DNA of 64,000 bases from the human T2T-CHM13v2.0 reference genome, Homo sapiens. Shown piece after piece: positions 1 through 17,000 of this stretch. Location: NCBI RefSeq assembly GCF_009914755.1, contig NC_060933.1. One strand, written 5' to 3'. How positions within the stretch are numbered: the first letter of the stretch is position 1; each line of letters opens with the position of its first letter. Below the pieces are notes generated by a model. That model had not been told where the DNA came from. It saw only the letters and a list, made by a program, of their open reading frames with translations, and did not search any database. The position numbers and the translations under genes were made by a program.

Positions 1-1064
1 AGCTTGCTTAGATTTACTCAGGGAGTAAACTATTTGCTGCTGGTGATGATACTAGGCAGGTGCCCCCAGTCAAATCATTTTTACAAATATTCATCTGTGT
101 TAACATAGACCCAGGCCTATAAATATTATTTTTATTGACCTAAATACAGATGAACTCACTTCAGTCTATGTTTTCAGAGATCCACTGTTACATACATATG
201 TATTTCATTACATAGGAAAAGGCCTAGAAATCGTGGTGGGGAAAGGAAAGGGACGGAGCTGAGGGGAAGAAGTCAGGAGGAGAGGGAAATAGTGATGCTT
301 TAACATTACCAACTGTATTATTTAAATATTTTTGCAATGAAAATGTATTCATGTACTACTATTAATATTTAAAATAGAAAGAAAAAAAGAAAAATCCTGC
401 ATCGCCATAATTACTCCTGCAACTGCTATGCTCAGTATTTCAACACCTATTGAAATCCTGTCAACCCTTTAAGGCTCACTCAAATGCTGTCCACTCCCTG
501 GATGTTTTTCCTAAAGCTTTCCAGAAGCAATGATATTTCTTTCTTCTAAACACCTGCAGAACCCAGTGGCTGCTTATGGAGGCACTGCCTTTGTCTTTGT
601 CTTGTATTTGAGTTATGTGGACAAACATTCTATTTCCTTATTTGATAGAACTTTTCTGAAAAGTAGAGACTATATTGCTCTTCGTCAGAAAAATTGCACT
701 AAAGTAAAAATCAGGGGATTTCTGGAATGGCAAAGTAAATAGCTTGGCAAATCTCCTCCTCAAGGAGAGAGGATAAAACTGGAAAAGACTGTTAAAAAAC
801 AATGATTTTAGGACTCTAGGCATACAACAAATTGAGATGCATTTATTCAAGAAAAGTTACTGAACTCCAGGTAAAAACAGTGGGAGTCTGTGATGTTATA
901 ACCTGGGTTACTCCATCCCTCAATTATAGCACCTCCAGCTCCATAGCCATGGCAGTTCCACCATAACTGAGAAATCCATAAAAACCAGCAACTTCCCTGC
1001 CAAAGGAGGCTAACTTCACTTAGAGGCGAGAATGGAAAAAAATCCAGGATCCCAAAACAACCCA

Positions 1065-1490
1065 AGGGCCTATTGATAGATGAATAATCAACACATGGCA
1101 GTATGTCCATATAATAGAATACTACTCAGCAATAAAAAAGAATGACTTATTGCCACATGTAGTAAAAAGAATAGCCTTCAGAATAATTTCTCTAAGTGAA
1201 AAAAGCTAGACAAAAATGTATGCATACTGTACAAGTCCATTTACATGAAATTCTAGGAAATGCAAACTAATCTACAGTAACAGTGGTTCAGTGGGGATGG
1301 GGTAGTGAAGGATGAGGGAGGAACTCCAAGGACATGAGAAAACTTTGGGGGAGTAATGAATACATTCACTCTCTTGTAGTGATTGTTTTACAGATGTACA
1401 CATTTGTCAAATCTTTAAAAATTATACACTTGAAATAAGTGCAACGTATTATATTTCAATTATATCTTAATAAAGATGTGTTTAAAATTC
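1065..1490 (+). mobile_element. Old LINE-1 3' end (L1MC/L1ME-type)
   Basis: Degenerate L1 3' motifs 'tagaatactactcagcaataaaaaagaatga' and 'gcaaactaatctacagt', ending 'tatatcttaataaag'. Confidence 0.75.
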
Positions 1491-2371
1491 TTTGCCTTAA
1501 AAATTGTTGAGTTAAATTGATTCTCCCAGAAATCTCTCTCATGTGTAGCCTGTGGCTTTATTTCCCCTTTGGTAGAAAGCTTTACTCTCCCAGGGGTACA
1601 TAAAAAGCTATCAGGAGCATGTGTTTAGAGGAAACAGAATAACTGCACTTAAAAAATGGTGATTCCATGCTTTATAAATGTAAACAAGGAATGTTAGAAC
1701 TAGAATTCAATCATCTAGTCTAGACTTTCCTATTATACTCGAAACTCAGAGAAAAGTCCTGGTTGAGGTCAATTGGCAGCAAAGTGGACTTGAAAACCTG
1801 CTTTTTGTTGTAAACTACTGGAAAACGCAGAAATTGAATATTCACTTTGCTGACTTTATCATTCACTTTGGACATTTCTATTTAGAAGAAGTGCATAAGA
1901 ACCACACTAAAAATACGAAGTCTTTTTAAACGCTCATTGGCTTCTGACAAATGCAAGCAATGTCAAACCTGTATTTTAAGATGTTATCTATTTAAACATT
2001 CTTTCCCCTTTTCATTCTAATTGTTTTCGTATAGTTTAAATTATTGCAGAAGTTTCACTGAATCTCTGACAGCCCAAACCAGCTGTGTTTGCTGGTAAGG
2101 GTGAAGATAGAAACAATATTTACTAGCAAAATCAAAATCAGACTTTAGAGGGAAAAAATCAATCGGCAGCAATGGAAAGAAGAACATTTGCCATTCTAGA
2201 ACAGTTTCTGAACTCTAACACTGGTTTTACCCTTGGCCTAAGACATCCAGATCCAAACTACAAGAGAGGAGGGGCCACTTCTGTAAATTTCTATGGATAG
2301 CTACCAAGAGGCCCAGGGAAGAATGCCTTTCCTTGCTCTTAAATTTAAGCATCAATGATGCTCCTGTCTCC

Positions 2372-2535
2372 CTGGCACAGTGGGAAGAGTATAGGCACTG
2401 AAGTCAGGTAAAACTGAAATCACCTCTTGAATTCTCCACTTGTGGATAATTTTCTATCTATTCTATGGTTTCCTCATCTGTAAAATAGAGGTAATAATGT
2501 CTACTTTATTTATAGTGGAATTGTTATGAAATTTG
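2372..2535 (+). mobile_element. MIR SINE fragment
   Basis: MIR core 'gtttcctcatctgtaaaatagaggtaataat'. Confidence 0.7.
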
Positions 2536-3109
2536 GAAATAATATACATCGATTCCATTTTACAGAGCCAATCACATGCAAGTGACATATGGACACTCCC
2601 TAAATGATAACTGTTATTATTTATTATTTTAAGACTTAGCACATAACCGTGAAAAGAGGCATTGCTGGGTGGAGGAGGAATGTACGTCCTGCACTTGGCA
2701 ATTCTATTCAATCACGCCAGGGCTCCTGATATTTGTCCCTCAGCTTCCAGCTGTTTCCTTCTGCTATACCTGATGCAGTATAAGAAAATATCTCTGCAGG
2801 TTTCTGCAGAGGCAGCCAGCACTTAGGCTGTGAATCTTTCCTTGAGTTGGGTGAGAAGTGATTTTTTTTTCCTTTCATACTTAGAAGGACACGCTGCTCT
2901 CTCTAATACAGAGTAGAATTGCACTGACTTTGAGATCTTGATGAATTCCTTTGATTTTTTCTTTCGTAAGTGAACAATGCAGTTTACACAGATGTAGTGA
3001 CTCCTTCAATTTTATTTCCTTAGACCTTTGTAAATATTTTTCGCATAGTACTTATCACAACTCATTGTGGATGTTAGCTTATGCTGCTAATAGTACATTC
3101 AGAGCTAAA

Positions 3110-3215
3110 TTTTGAGTTTCTGAAGGACAGGGCATATCTTCTTTTGTGTGTCTACAGCACATAGCACAGAGTCTGCAGGTAGATAAAATTCTATAAATAT
3201 TTGTGGAGTTGACTG
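3110..3215 (+). mobile_element. L2 3' end fragment
   Basis: 'tgaaggacagggc...agcacatagcacagag...taaatatttgtggagttga' resembles the L2 tail. Confidence 0.55.
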
Positions 3216-4548
3216 TCAGGAATCTCAACTATTCACGATCAAATCAGCTTATTTCTCCTTTAGAATATGAGAAGTGTCTAAAGTTTCTGTGAGCTACATG
3301 ACAAGCACAGTGCTCTGGTGGCTGCCTCCAATTAACTGGAGCAGATCTAAAAGTTGGAAAGCAACTTCTTATAGAGTAGGAATTTACACTTGAAAGAGTG
3401 TATCTACCTCTTATAAGACGGATATGCAAAGATATGTTTGTATCACAGTTGGCAATGACTGAATACTATACAGTTAAATAATATGTTGGACCTGTTGGAT
3501 GTGGGAGGGGATGTAAGTGGGAACAAATCCTCTGAAGTTAGTTTGAGAAAACTGATGAATTGGCAACAATGTTTAGTCTGTCACATATAAAATACACAAT
3601 ATTTCTAAAGAGAACCAGGCTGTGTTAATACACGACTTTATAAAGCATGCATTTGATTATTTAACGACCAATCTGAGGATCTTACAAAAATCATTCGTGT
3701 GTATTTTTATGAGGCATGTCTTATTAAGTGTACCTTTCAGCTCAGAACTTTATAAAACAAAAGAAATTTAACTAAGAAGCCCTGAATCTACCCACTGGGG
3801 TCCTCTATTTATTAATAAAAAACAGTTAACTTCAGTGTAACTAATTTAGACAGAAGTCTGAATTTGTTAGTTGCATGGGAATAAAAGGATATTATTCTAC
3901 TAATAACTGCTGCTAACTGTAACCAGTCAAAGCTTTCTTTCCAGCTGATGGAAGATTCCCTTAACAATCCTCATCCAATTCTATTTCCTTTTTCATCTCT
4001 TTCAATTAGTAGAACAGTCTCATTTTGGCTCATTAAGACTCTGTCTTATTCATTTTCATATGCAGTTTAAAGACATTTTTCCTCCTCTCCCCATCTCCAT
4101 CTCCTGCCTCAGTCAGCACAGGCCAAATGCATGCATCTAGAGTCTTGGTGGGTGAGTGAAGTGTTGGGCTTACCCTCACCTCTCACCTCTCCACTCACCC
4201 TCAGCTCTCTCTCCCCTGTTTACGGCAGAGCCACAGAATAAGAGAATTGAGAGATAGCCTCCTTTAACATGACTACGAATCTCAGATGCTATTGGAAAGC
4301 TCTTCCTTTACTATAAAGGTTAAAGAAACCAAAAACTACCCTGGTTCTCTTGTAGCTATGGTACCTAAGTGACCTAATTGTGGCTAATGAGAAATAAGCA
4401 AAAGCTTGTTATGTGGATTCTGAGAATACTTTTATCTTCCTGATATAAATAATACACTTTGCTGTTCTCTCCTATTCCCAGACTTCTTCCTTCCTTCAGT
4501 GTGCACCTGATGCCTGGGGTTAAGACAGCCACCAGAGGGAAAGGCTGA

Positions 4549-4645
4549 GAGAATTTCAAAACCATTGAGATATGGAACCATTGAGAATTTCAGAACCATT
4601 GAGATATGGAACCATTGAGAATTTCAGAACCATTGAGATATGGAA
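4549..4645. repeat. 34-bp minisatellite, about 2.9 copies (GAGAATTTCAGAACCATTGAGATATGGAACCATT)
   Basis: Units at 4549-4582, 4583-4616 and 4617-4645, near-identical. Confidence 0.95.
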
Positions 4646-4756
4646 TTTACTCTATAATATAGAGTAGGAATATACTCTATAATAGCAACTTCCCACAAGA
4701 CATCTTGTTATATGAGAAAAATAAATCTCTATTTGTTAAGGCCACTGAAAAGTAGG

Positions 4757-5028
4757 CTCACTCTGTCACCCAGGCTGGAGTGCAGTGGTACAGTCTTGGC
4801 TCACTCTGCCTCCTGGGTTCAAGCGATTCTTTTGCCTCAGCCTCTCAAGTAGCTGGGACTACAGGTGCCCACCACCACGCCTAGCTAATTTTTTGTATTT
4901 TTAGTAGAGACAGGGTTTCACCGTATTAGCCAGGATGGTCTCAGTTTCCTGACCTCGTGATTGGCCCACCTCAGCCTCCCAAAGTGCTGGGATTACAGGC
5001 GTGAACGCGTGACCTACCTCACCCGGCC
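4757..5028 (-). mobile_element. Alu (Sc/Sg/Y-like), lacking its poly(A) tail
   Basis: Reverse-complement Alu dimer with 'cctgacctcgtga' and 'agccaggatggtctc'; no poly(T) at the left end. Confidence 0.93.
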
Positions 5029-7203
5029 CCAAAAGCATTTCTAACTGATATACTGCCCCTGGATATGTATTACTTGTCTCCTTGATTGGCCATAGCCTGA
5101 TCCACTTGTCATCCACAGGCTTTGTATAAGACGAGTGGCTTTGGCCAATTAATTGCTGATCAGCCCTGCAATTAATTGCCTTACTTCTAACAGTGTTCCT
5201 GGGGATTTGTAGCCCCTTGAAAAGTTAGTTTGCATCTGCTAGCTAATCCCCAGATGGCAGCATCTTGCCTGCTTCCTCTATTCTCTATGTCTCTTTGCCA
5301 TTCTCTATGGCACTTCCCCATCACATGCACCTTCAGCAGCTTCCCAGACTTAGAGCCTCCAAGCATTGGTGAATCCCATCTTCTGTACCTCTGGAGCAAC
5401 AGGAACTTTAGAGAGCCAACCCTGGCCATCTTCACATGTGGCCACCCACCCCATACCATCTCTTGAGTGCTGATGAAAACCTGACTATAAGCAAGTTCCA
5501 GGAGCTAAGCAGACAGGCAGACTGCTGGATAAACATCAATCTTTCCACATCTGTGGGAGTGATTATCTTGGAGCCTTCCTTACCCCTTCCGTGACCCCCT
5601 CAGCTCACCCCATTGCCTAGGGAACTTAGGAAAAGGAATATCTTTTGTTCATTAACAATGTACTCTCCTCTCCCTACCAAAAGGGAACCTCTGCACCTTT
5701 CTCTCTACTCTCTTCTTATATCTACCAGAGTCAAATGAAGGCAGGGGTGAGGGATGGTGACATAGGCAGTTCTGCTGATCTGGCATCGCCCTCGAGGCAG
5801 TCGAGGGAGGACAGCAGGGATAGCCCTATGAAAGGGAAAGTCTCCAAACTAATTTGTAATGTTCACAATTTAGTGGTTTCTGTTTTAAGTTGTGCACCTT
5901 GGTCTCCAATTCTGACAACACTTAATGCTATCCTAAGCATTCACAGCATAATATATACTTTTATGTCAATGGACCTTGGATACTTCTCTGCTTCCACCTC
6001 GAACACTACTCCATATTGCACGTCATTTTTCTCATATCAGCAATGAGAATTTAAATATTAAAATTCTCATCCTATTTGTCTTCAGTTTCTTGAAGTTCAG
6101 TTTTGAGCACATATAGAGTTCATGCTTCACATAGAGAGTATAATGATTGATCATCTGTATATCTATTGCTCTGCTCCTGCCAGCTATATCATGAACCTGC
6201 AAAATGCTGCACCATTGCAAACATGCTCTGCTAATGCCTGCTGTGAGAAGTCTTCCGTAGTGAGCCCTCTGCAGCCTCAGTACCAAGGGTGTTTATAGAG
6301 CTTGGCTTCAGGTATCCAAAGAACATATTTCAGAGTCCTCCAGGATCCACACAGCCTGGAGGACTCTTAACCTTAAGTACTTTCTCGATTTTTTTTTGTT
6401 GTTGTTGGTTTATTTTCTTTGTGGCCCCCACCCCAACCCTACCACAAACACACATTACTCCCATGGCAGCTGTAGGATAAGGGTAAAAGCGTTCCTTTTT
6501 CAGCCTTGCAGAGGTTTGCTGGGCACCAATTTCATGCCCACTTTTGTTTCTCTTACTTGTACTGGCCAATCCTTTCACTCATAAACTAGTCAGACAGCAA
6601 GCAGAAGAATTCAGACAGCAGCAAAAATCATAAAACCTTTTTCTTTTCATTAGAAAAGAGAAATATTGGTTGATTCAGTTCAGACCGAAGTTGAGTGCTT
6701 GAGCCATTCCAATAAGTTGGAAAGCACTCTTTTCCAACCTTCACCATTTTCAAACCACTTATAAAGGGTTGTCTAGGCAAAATATTGGAGGAATGTTTAC
6801 TCCCCACCAGGAGATTATAATTTATTGAGTATTCAAAAAGAGTAACAATGACATTCAGAAATTCTAGTCATCTATATAAATATGTTTAATTTTCTTCAAT
6901 AGAAATCTAAGGAAAGTAGCAGGAACTGCTAGTGAATTTAGAAAAGCTTTTATTTCTTCTATTATGTAAAACAAGTACTGATCATAAAATCTAAATCTTA
7001 TTCAGGCCATTCAGCTGTCTGCTTAGATGATAATGATGAGTAAATGTTTGTCTCATGTTCAAGAAAGATGCTTGATTTGATACATTAGTTACAATGGGAT
7101 AGTAATTTTTATTATTTTATTTTTTCTTTTAGCAGGATAAATAATTGCTTGCTAATCTTTGTTTTCTCTGTTTGATGTCTTTTTTAAAAATTATTTTCGA
7201 TAG

Positions 7204-7536
<333 letters not shown>

Positions 7537-10134
7537 TCCACTTATATTAATTAACAGACTTTGTGGGAGTGCAAGTTTCTACCCAAGCTTTAGCTGCAAA
7601 CACATGAAAAGGACAAGAGTCCTGAAGTTTGCTGACAACAAAACCAATGACAAAGCAAGAGTTTTTGGTGTCACACATACATTGTGGCTTGTAAGTCATA
7701 ATGGCTTTCCAAATTTGTATTTTGGTTAATTCATTCTTAGCAGAGTGACTGTGTAACTCACTGAATTCCAGGATACTTGTTATGTGGTTCCTGTAATCTC
7801 TGCCCACCTTTTTTCTGCAGTCTGAAATCTTATCCTAATCCATTCATTTCTTCCCCTATGGACTTTTAGCCTCATTACTCTGAGAGGGGGTGATACTCTC
7901 AGTGTTTCCAGTTTTTTCTTCAGGTCATCTATGATGGTAAGAAAGAACACTACTCAAATCTTTAAAGTAGACTTCAGATGTGGGAGCCGATGCTTAATGG
8001 GAAGATTGGATCCCACCAAAGTGAGTTTTGATTTCTTCATTATTTTTCCTAAATCAGATGATGATGGGAGCAATAGACTTGTAAATGTTCTGTCTCATTT
8101 CTCTGATTTGTATACATAGAAGATAAAGAAAAAAACTTGATAAGGCAACCACAAAGCAAGTGTCAAAGAAGAAATTGCTGTTGAACATAAAAGATCAGAG
8201 GATTTAATGTTTCCTGACAACCTATAGAAGCAGAATAATTGAACCTGCCTCCTGCTTAGTTCATCCACTTTCCCTATCTGCTTTCCACAGTCTTATCTTA
8301 GCCTTGACTTGGCCAATGGCTGTTTTCTAAGGTGAATACTGAAGAATCGAGTCTACAGTACTAATTGTTCCATAAGGCCACTAATATATTCTGACACATG
8401 TATTGATTTAAAACTATGCGTATTTACAAAACCACCCAAAAAATCCAGTAGAGGTTAATGAGATAAGGGTTTTCAAGTGTGTTATATGTTATATTTCCTA
8501 GAAGAAATTACATCTGGGGAAAGCTGTTCATGTTTTACTACTTTGACTTTGCCTTCTTTCCATTTTGACTTGCTCCTACCTGATAAATATCAGCAATTCT
8601 CTACTCATGCCTTCAGTTTTAGTACTCCTTTGGGAGACCAGCAAAGCAGCTGTGTAATGGAACAAAGTCAGGGAGAAACTAATAATGTTCACCTGATAGC
8701 TTTCTTCATGTTGGGGGTACCTCCTGGCTTCCATTTATTTCCCCATCAATAATGCTTGATTAAAATAATAGGAGTCTACTTTCAATGCTTAAGTTATTCT
8801 AAGCATTGCTTTCTATTCTGAAGAAAACGCTAGTGATTTTTGACAGGGATTACAATTTAACTATTTCATAGTCCCCTTAAAATTTTGTTTTAAGAAATAT
8901 TTTTTTTATTTACATTCAAGTCCAGAGAAAGTCATCTCAGACAAAAAGGCAGCAGCTGCTGGTGTTTTGTGCTTTGAGGGACATTCTGGAAGCTCATCAC
9001 TGATTCACTATTCCTTCCCTACCAATCATCAAGGTGTTTGTAGTTCCACCATTACTTATTCCTTGGGTTCTTTTCTGTTTAAATGTCCTTCAAAAGTTTC
9101 CAGTTAAAATGCAACTACTCTTGGAAGGATTATACATTAAGCATTTATTACCAAGCACTTTAGCGAGGCTCTGGGGGGTTGAGAGCTAACACTGCCATAT
9201 GAGGCTAGGGGTGAGCAGCAGAGAAGTGGTGGGAACTGAAGCTTGAAGGTGCCATGTTCAGGTTTTGATACTTCACAGATTTGCTGAGAGCCCATCCAGC
9301 TTCTCAGTATCTTCACACAATCTGAAATATTTGCTTGCTCAAAAATATTTCATATGTGAATTCTTTTATTTATTCACTTATTTCAATTTAATTTATTTCT
9401 ACAAATGTTTGTTAGGTATAGTCATGTGCCAAACAGCATGCCAAGTTCTGGAATAAGGAAAGCAGGTGCCCTGCTCTCAGGAAAAAAAGTGACAGCAAGT
9501 TAGAAGGAGGAGAAATAATAAGCTGTTTATTCTGTTTAATGGATCAAAAACACACAGAAGTGATGGCATTTGATTTTAGCTCAATTGAGAAGTGAGTAGA
9601 CAATACAAGAAAGGATGTTTCAGGCTGAGGCAACAATATGGAGGTACAGAATTGGAGGATTAAAAGTCTATGTCTCTTTTGAAAATGCTCTGCTGTCTGG
9701 TGCGGCTTCAGGTCTGGGTACACAGAAAGATGCACTGGGAAAGATCATTCAATCATGAACTGTTGGGAGTTTTCTATGTGCAAGGCATTTGACTATGAAG
9801 TGACACTGTATATAAAGGGTAAGTTGCAGAGCAACACGTGCATGTACACACACATTCACAAAACTGTCTTCTTTTCTTAAAACTTTCTATGCCACAGCAG
9901 GTATTTCTCTTCATCTTTTGAACTTCTAGAAGTAGAGAGGATAAACAAATGGGTAGGTGGCAAAGGGTGCCCTAGAGTGAAATCACATCTGGGGCCTCAG
10001 TGTGCTTCAGAGAAGCACATGAGAAATAACTTGGAAATAGCCTGGAAAACTTTTCTTCCCTCACTGAGGAGGACCTTATAGATGCTCTGTGGGAATGCAC
10101 ATCAAAGTAAACGTTACTATAAGTCTGAAAACTC

Positions 10135-10650
10135 TCATTCACTCAGTTAATAAAAATAAAGCAATGGCGTACTATATACTAGACAATAGGCTTAAAGCAG
10201 GGGATAGAGTAGTAAGTAGAGACTAGAGTCATGAGAGAAACATACACAAACCAATAACAACAGTAGTTGAGTAAGGGCAATAGTTGCAATGGAAGATACA
10301 CTAGAAGCCCAAAGAATGTTTCATTCTACTTATGAAGGCCAGGAAAGACTTCCTAGAGAGTCAAGAAGCAAACTGAATTTTGAAAGATGAGTAAGGCTTT
10401 CTCATGATCAAAAGGAATGGGGAGACAGTCCACATATGCAAAGGCAGAAATTGCAGAACTTATTTGAAGAATTGCAAGTAGCTCAGGAGAACTCAACTGG
10501 ATAAGAAGATAGAGTAGTAAGAAAAGAGAAATAAGGCTAAGAGATGAGTAAAAGACAAATCTTGAAGGACCTTACGTGACATGAAAAGTAATTTAAATTT
10601 TATTGTATAAAAAATGGATTTCATTGAGGGGGTTATGTATTCATGTGAGT
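10135..10650 (-). mobile_element. L2 fragment (resumes at about 18120-18330 after nested L1s)
   Basis: 'cattcactcag...gaaagacttcctagagag...tgaaagatgagtaagg...tgcaaaggc' are typical antisense L2 motifs. Confidence 0.6.
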
Positions 10651-10664
10651 GGAATTAACTTTCA

Positions 10665-10898
10665 ATTGTTTTTTAATATTTTTAATTGACAAGAATTTTC
10701 TATATTGTATACAACATGATGTTTCAAAATATGTATACATTGTGAAATGGCTAACTCAACACAAGTTAACATATGTATGACCTCATATACTTACCATTTT
10801 TTTGTGGTGAAAACACTTAAAATCTACCCTTTTAGCGATTTTCCAGTATATAATACATTGTTAATAACTATACTCACTGTGTTGTACAATAGATCTCC
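10665..10898 (-). mobile_element. L1MA8-like 3' end (left part of the host element)
   Basis: 'ttttgtggtgaaaacacttaaaatctac...gttgtacaatagatctc'; degenerate TSD GAATTAACTTT 10652-10662 / GAACTAACTTT 18118-18128. Confidence 0.8.
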
Positions 10899-11118
10899 TT
10901 TTTATTTTATTATTATTATATTTTAAGTTTTAGGGTACATGTGCACAATGTGCAGGTTAGTTACATATGTATACATGTGCCATGCTGGTGTGCTGCACCC
11001 ATTAACTCGTCATTTAGCGTTAGGTATATCTCCTAATGCTATCGCTCCCCCTCCCCCCACCCCACAACAGTCCCCAGAGTGTGATGTTCCCCTTCCTGTG
11101 TCCATGTGTTCTCATTGT

Positions 11119-14942
<3,824 letters not shown>

Positions 14943-15003
14943 TTTGATGTTAGCTGGTTATTTTGCCCATAAATTGATGGAATTTCTTCCTCGTCAATGG
15001 TCT

Positions 15004-16003
15004 TTACAATTTGGTATGTTTTTGCAGTGGCTGGTACCAGTTGTTCCTTTCCATGTTTAGTGCTTCCTTCAGGAGCTCTTGTAAGGCAGGCCTGGTGGTG
15101 ACAAAATCTCTCAGCATTTGCTTGTCCGTAAAGTATTTTATTTCTCCTTCACTTATGAAGCTTAGTTTGGCTGCATATGAAATTCTGGGTTGAAAATTCT
15201 TTTCTTTAAGAATGTTGAATATTGGCCCCCACTCTCTTCTGGCTTGTAGGGTTTCTGCTGGGAGATCTGCTGTTAGTCTGATGGGTTCCCTTTGTGAGTA
15301 ACCTGACCTTTGTCTCTGGCTGCCCTTAACATTTTTTCCTTCATTTCAACCTTGGTGAATCTGCCAATTATGTGTCTTAGGGTTGCTCTTCTTGAGGAGT
15401 ATCTTTGTGGAGTTCTCTGTATTTCCTGAATTTGAATGTTGGCCTGCCTTGCTAGGTTGGGGAAGTTCTCCTCGATATTATCCTGAAGAGTGTTTTCTAA
15501 CTTGGTTCCATTCTCCCCGTCATTTTCTGGTACACCAATCAAATGTAGATTTGGTCTTTTCACATAGTCCCATGTTTCTTGGAGGCGTTGTTCATTTCTT
15601 TTTACTCTTTTTTCTCTAATCTTGTCTTTTCGCTTTATTTCATTAATTTGATCTGCTTGATCTAATTGGCTATTGAAGCTTGTGCATGCATCCCGAAGTC
15701 TCGTGCCGGGGTTTTCAGCTCCATCAGGTCATTTAAGGTCTTCTCTACACTGGTTATTCGAGTTAGCCATTCATCTAACCTTTTCTAAAGATTTTTAGCT
15801 TCCTTGCGATGGTTTAGAACATGCTTCTTTAGCTCGGAGAAGTTTGTTATTATTGACCTTCTGAAGCCTACTTCTGTCAACTTGTCAAAGTGATTCTCTG
15901 TCCAGTTTTGTTCTGTTGCTGGCGAGGAGCTGTGATCTTTTGGAGGAGAAGAATCGTTCTTGTTTTTGGAATTTTCAGCTTTTCTGCTCTGGTTTCTCCC
16001 CAT
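15004..16003 (-). pseudogene. L1 ORF1p remnant, disrupted
   Basis: MGRNQSRKAENSKN... and ...KRPNLHLIGVPE...ENFPNLARQANIQIQEIQRTPQRY in separate fragments. Confidence 0.92.
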
Positions 16004-17000
16004 CTCTGTGGTTTCATCTACCTTTGGTCTTTGATGTTGGTGACCTACAGATGGGGTTTTGGTGTGGATGTCCTTTTTGTTGATGTCGATGCTATTCCTT
16101 TCTGTTTGTTAGTTTTCCTTCTAACATTCAGGCTCCCTCAGCCTCAAGTCTGTTGGAGTTTGCTAGAGGTCCACTCCAGACCCTGTTTGCCTGGGTATCA
16201 CTAGCAAAGGCTGCAGAACAGCAAATATTGCAGAACAGCAAATATTGCTGTCTGATTCTTCCTCTGGAAGCTTTGTCCCAGAGGGCACCTGTCTGCATGA
16301 GGTGTCTGTCAGCCCCCACTGTGAAGTGCCTCCCAGTCAGGCTACATGGGGTCAGAGACCCACTTGAGGAAGCAGTCTGTCTGTGCTCAGAGCTCAAACG
16401 CCATGCTGGGAGAACTACTGCTGTCTTCAGAGCTGTCAGACAGGGACGTTTAAGTCTGCAAAAGTTGTCTGCTGCCTTTTGTTCAGCTATGCCCTGCCCA
16501 CAGACTTGGAGCCTATAGAGGCCGTAGGCCTTGCTGAGCTGAGGTGGGCTCCACCCAGTTCGAGCTTGCAGTCCACTTTGTTTACCTACTCAAGCCTCAG
16601 CAATGGCAGATGCCCCTCCATCTGCCAGGCTGCAGCCACGCAGGTCGATCTCAGACTGCTGTGCTAGCAGTGAGCAAGGCTCTGTGGCCGTGGGACCCAC
16701 CGAGCCCGGCACTGGAGGGAATATCCTGGTCTGCCAGTTGCTAAGACCATGGGCAAAGCACAGTATTTGGGCGGGAGTGTACTATTTTTCCAGGTACGGT
16801 GTGTCACGCTTCCCTTGGCTAGGAAAGGGAAATACCCTGGCCCCTTGTGCTTCTCAGGCGAGGTGATGCCCCACCCTGCTTTGCCTCACCCCCCCGTGGG
16901 CTTCACCCACTCTCCAACCAGTCCCAATGAGATAAACCAGGTACCTCAGTTGGAAATGCAGAAATCACTTGTCTTCTGCATCGATTTCGCTGGGAGCTGC

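Larger units (their letters stand above)
4310..5052 (+). mobile_element. MLT1-family (ERVL-MaLR) solo LTR, interrupted by a minisatellite and an Alu
   Basis: 'gtgacctaattgtggctaatgaga', 'tgagaaaaataaatctctatttgttaaggccactg' and terminal 'aaaagcatttctaactgatata'; 5' boundary approximate. Confidence 0.6.

Noticed and set aside
4549-4645. CRISPR-like repeat-spacer appearance of AACCATTGAGA
   Set aside because: The spacers are only a few nucleotides long and themselves repeat; the context is primate with no cas genes. It is a minisatellite.
5645-6046. 133-aa ORF in unique sequence
   Set aside because: Non-ATG start, no recognisable domain and no convincing splice or promoter context.
16212-16248. 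Tandem GCAGAACAGCAAATATT duplication
   Set aside because: Recalled as a normal feature of L1PA5/6-age 5'UTRs, not locus-specific.
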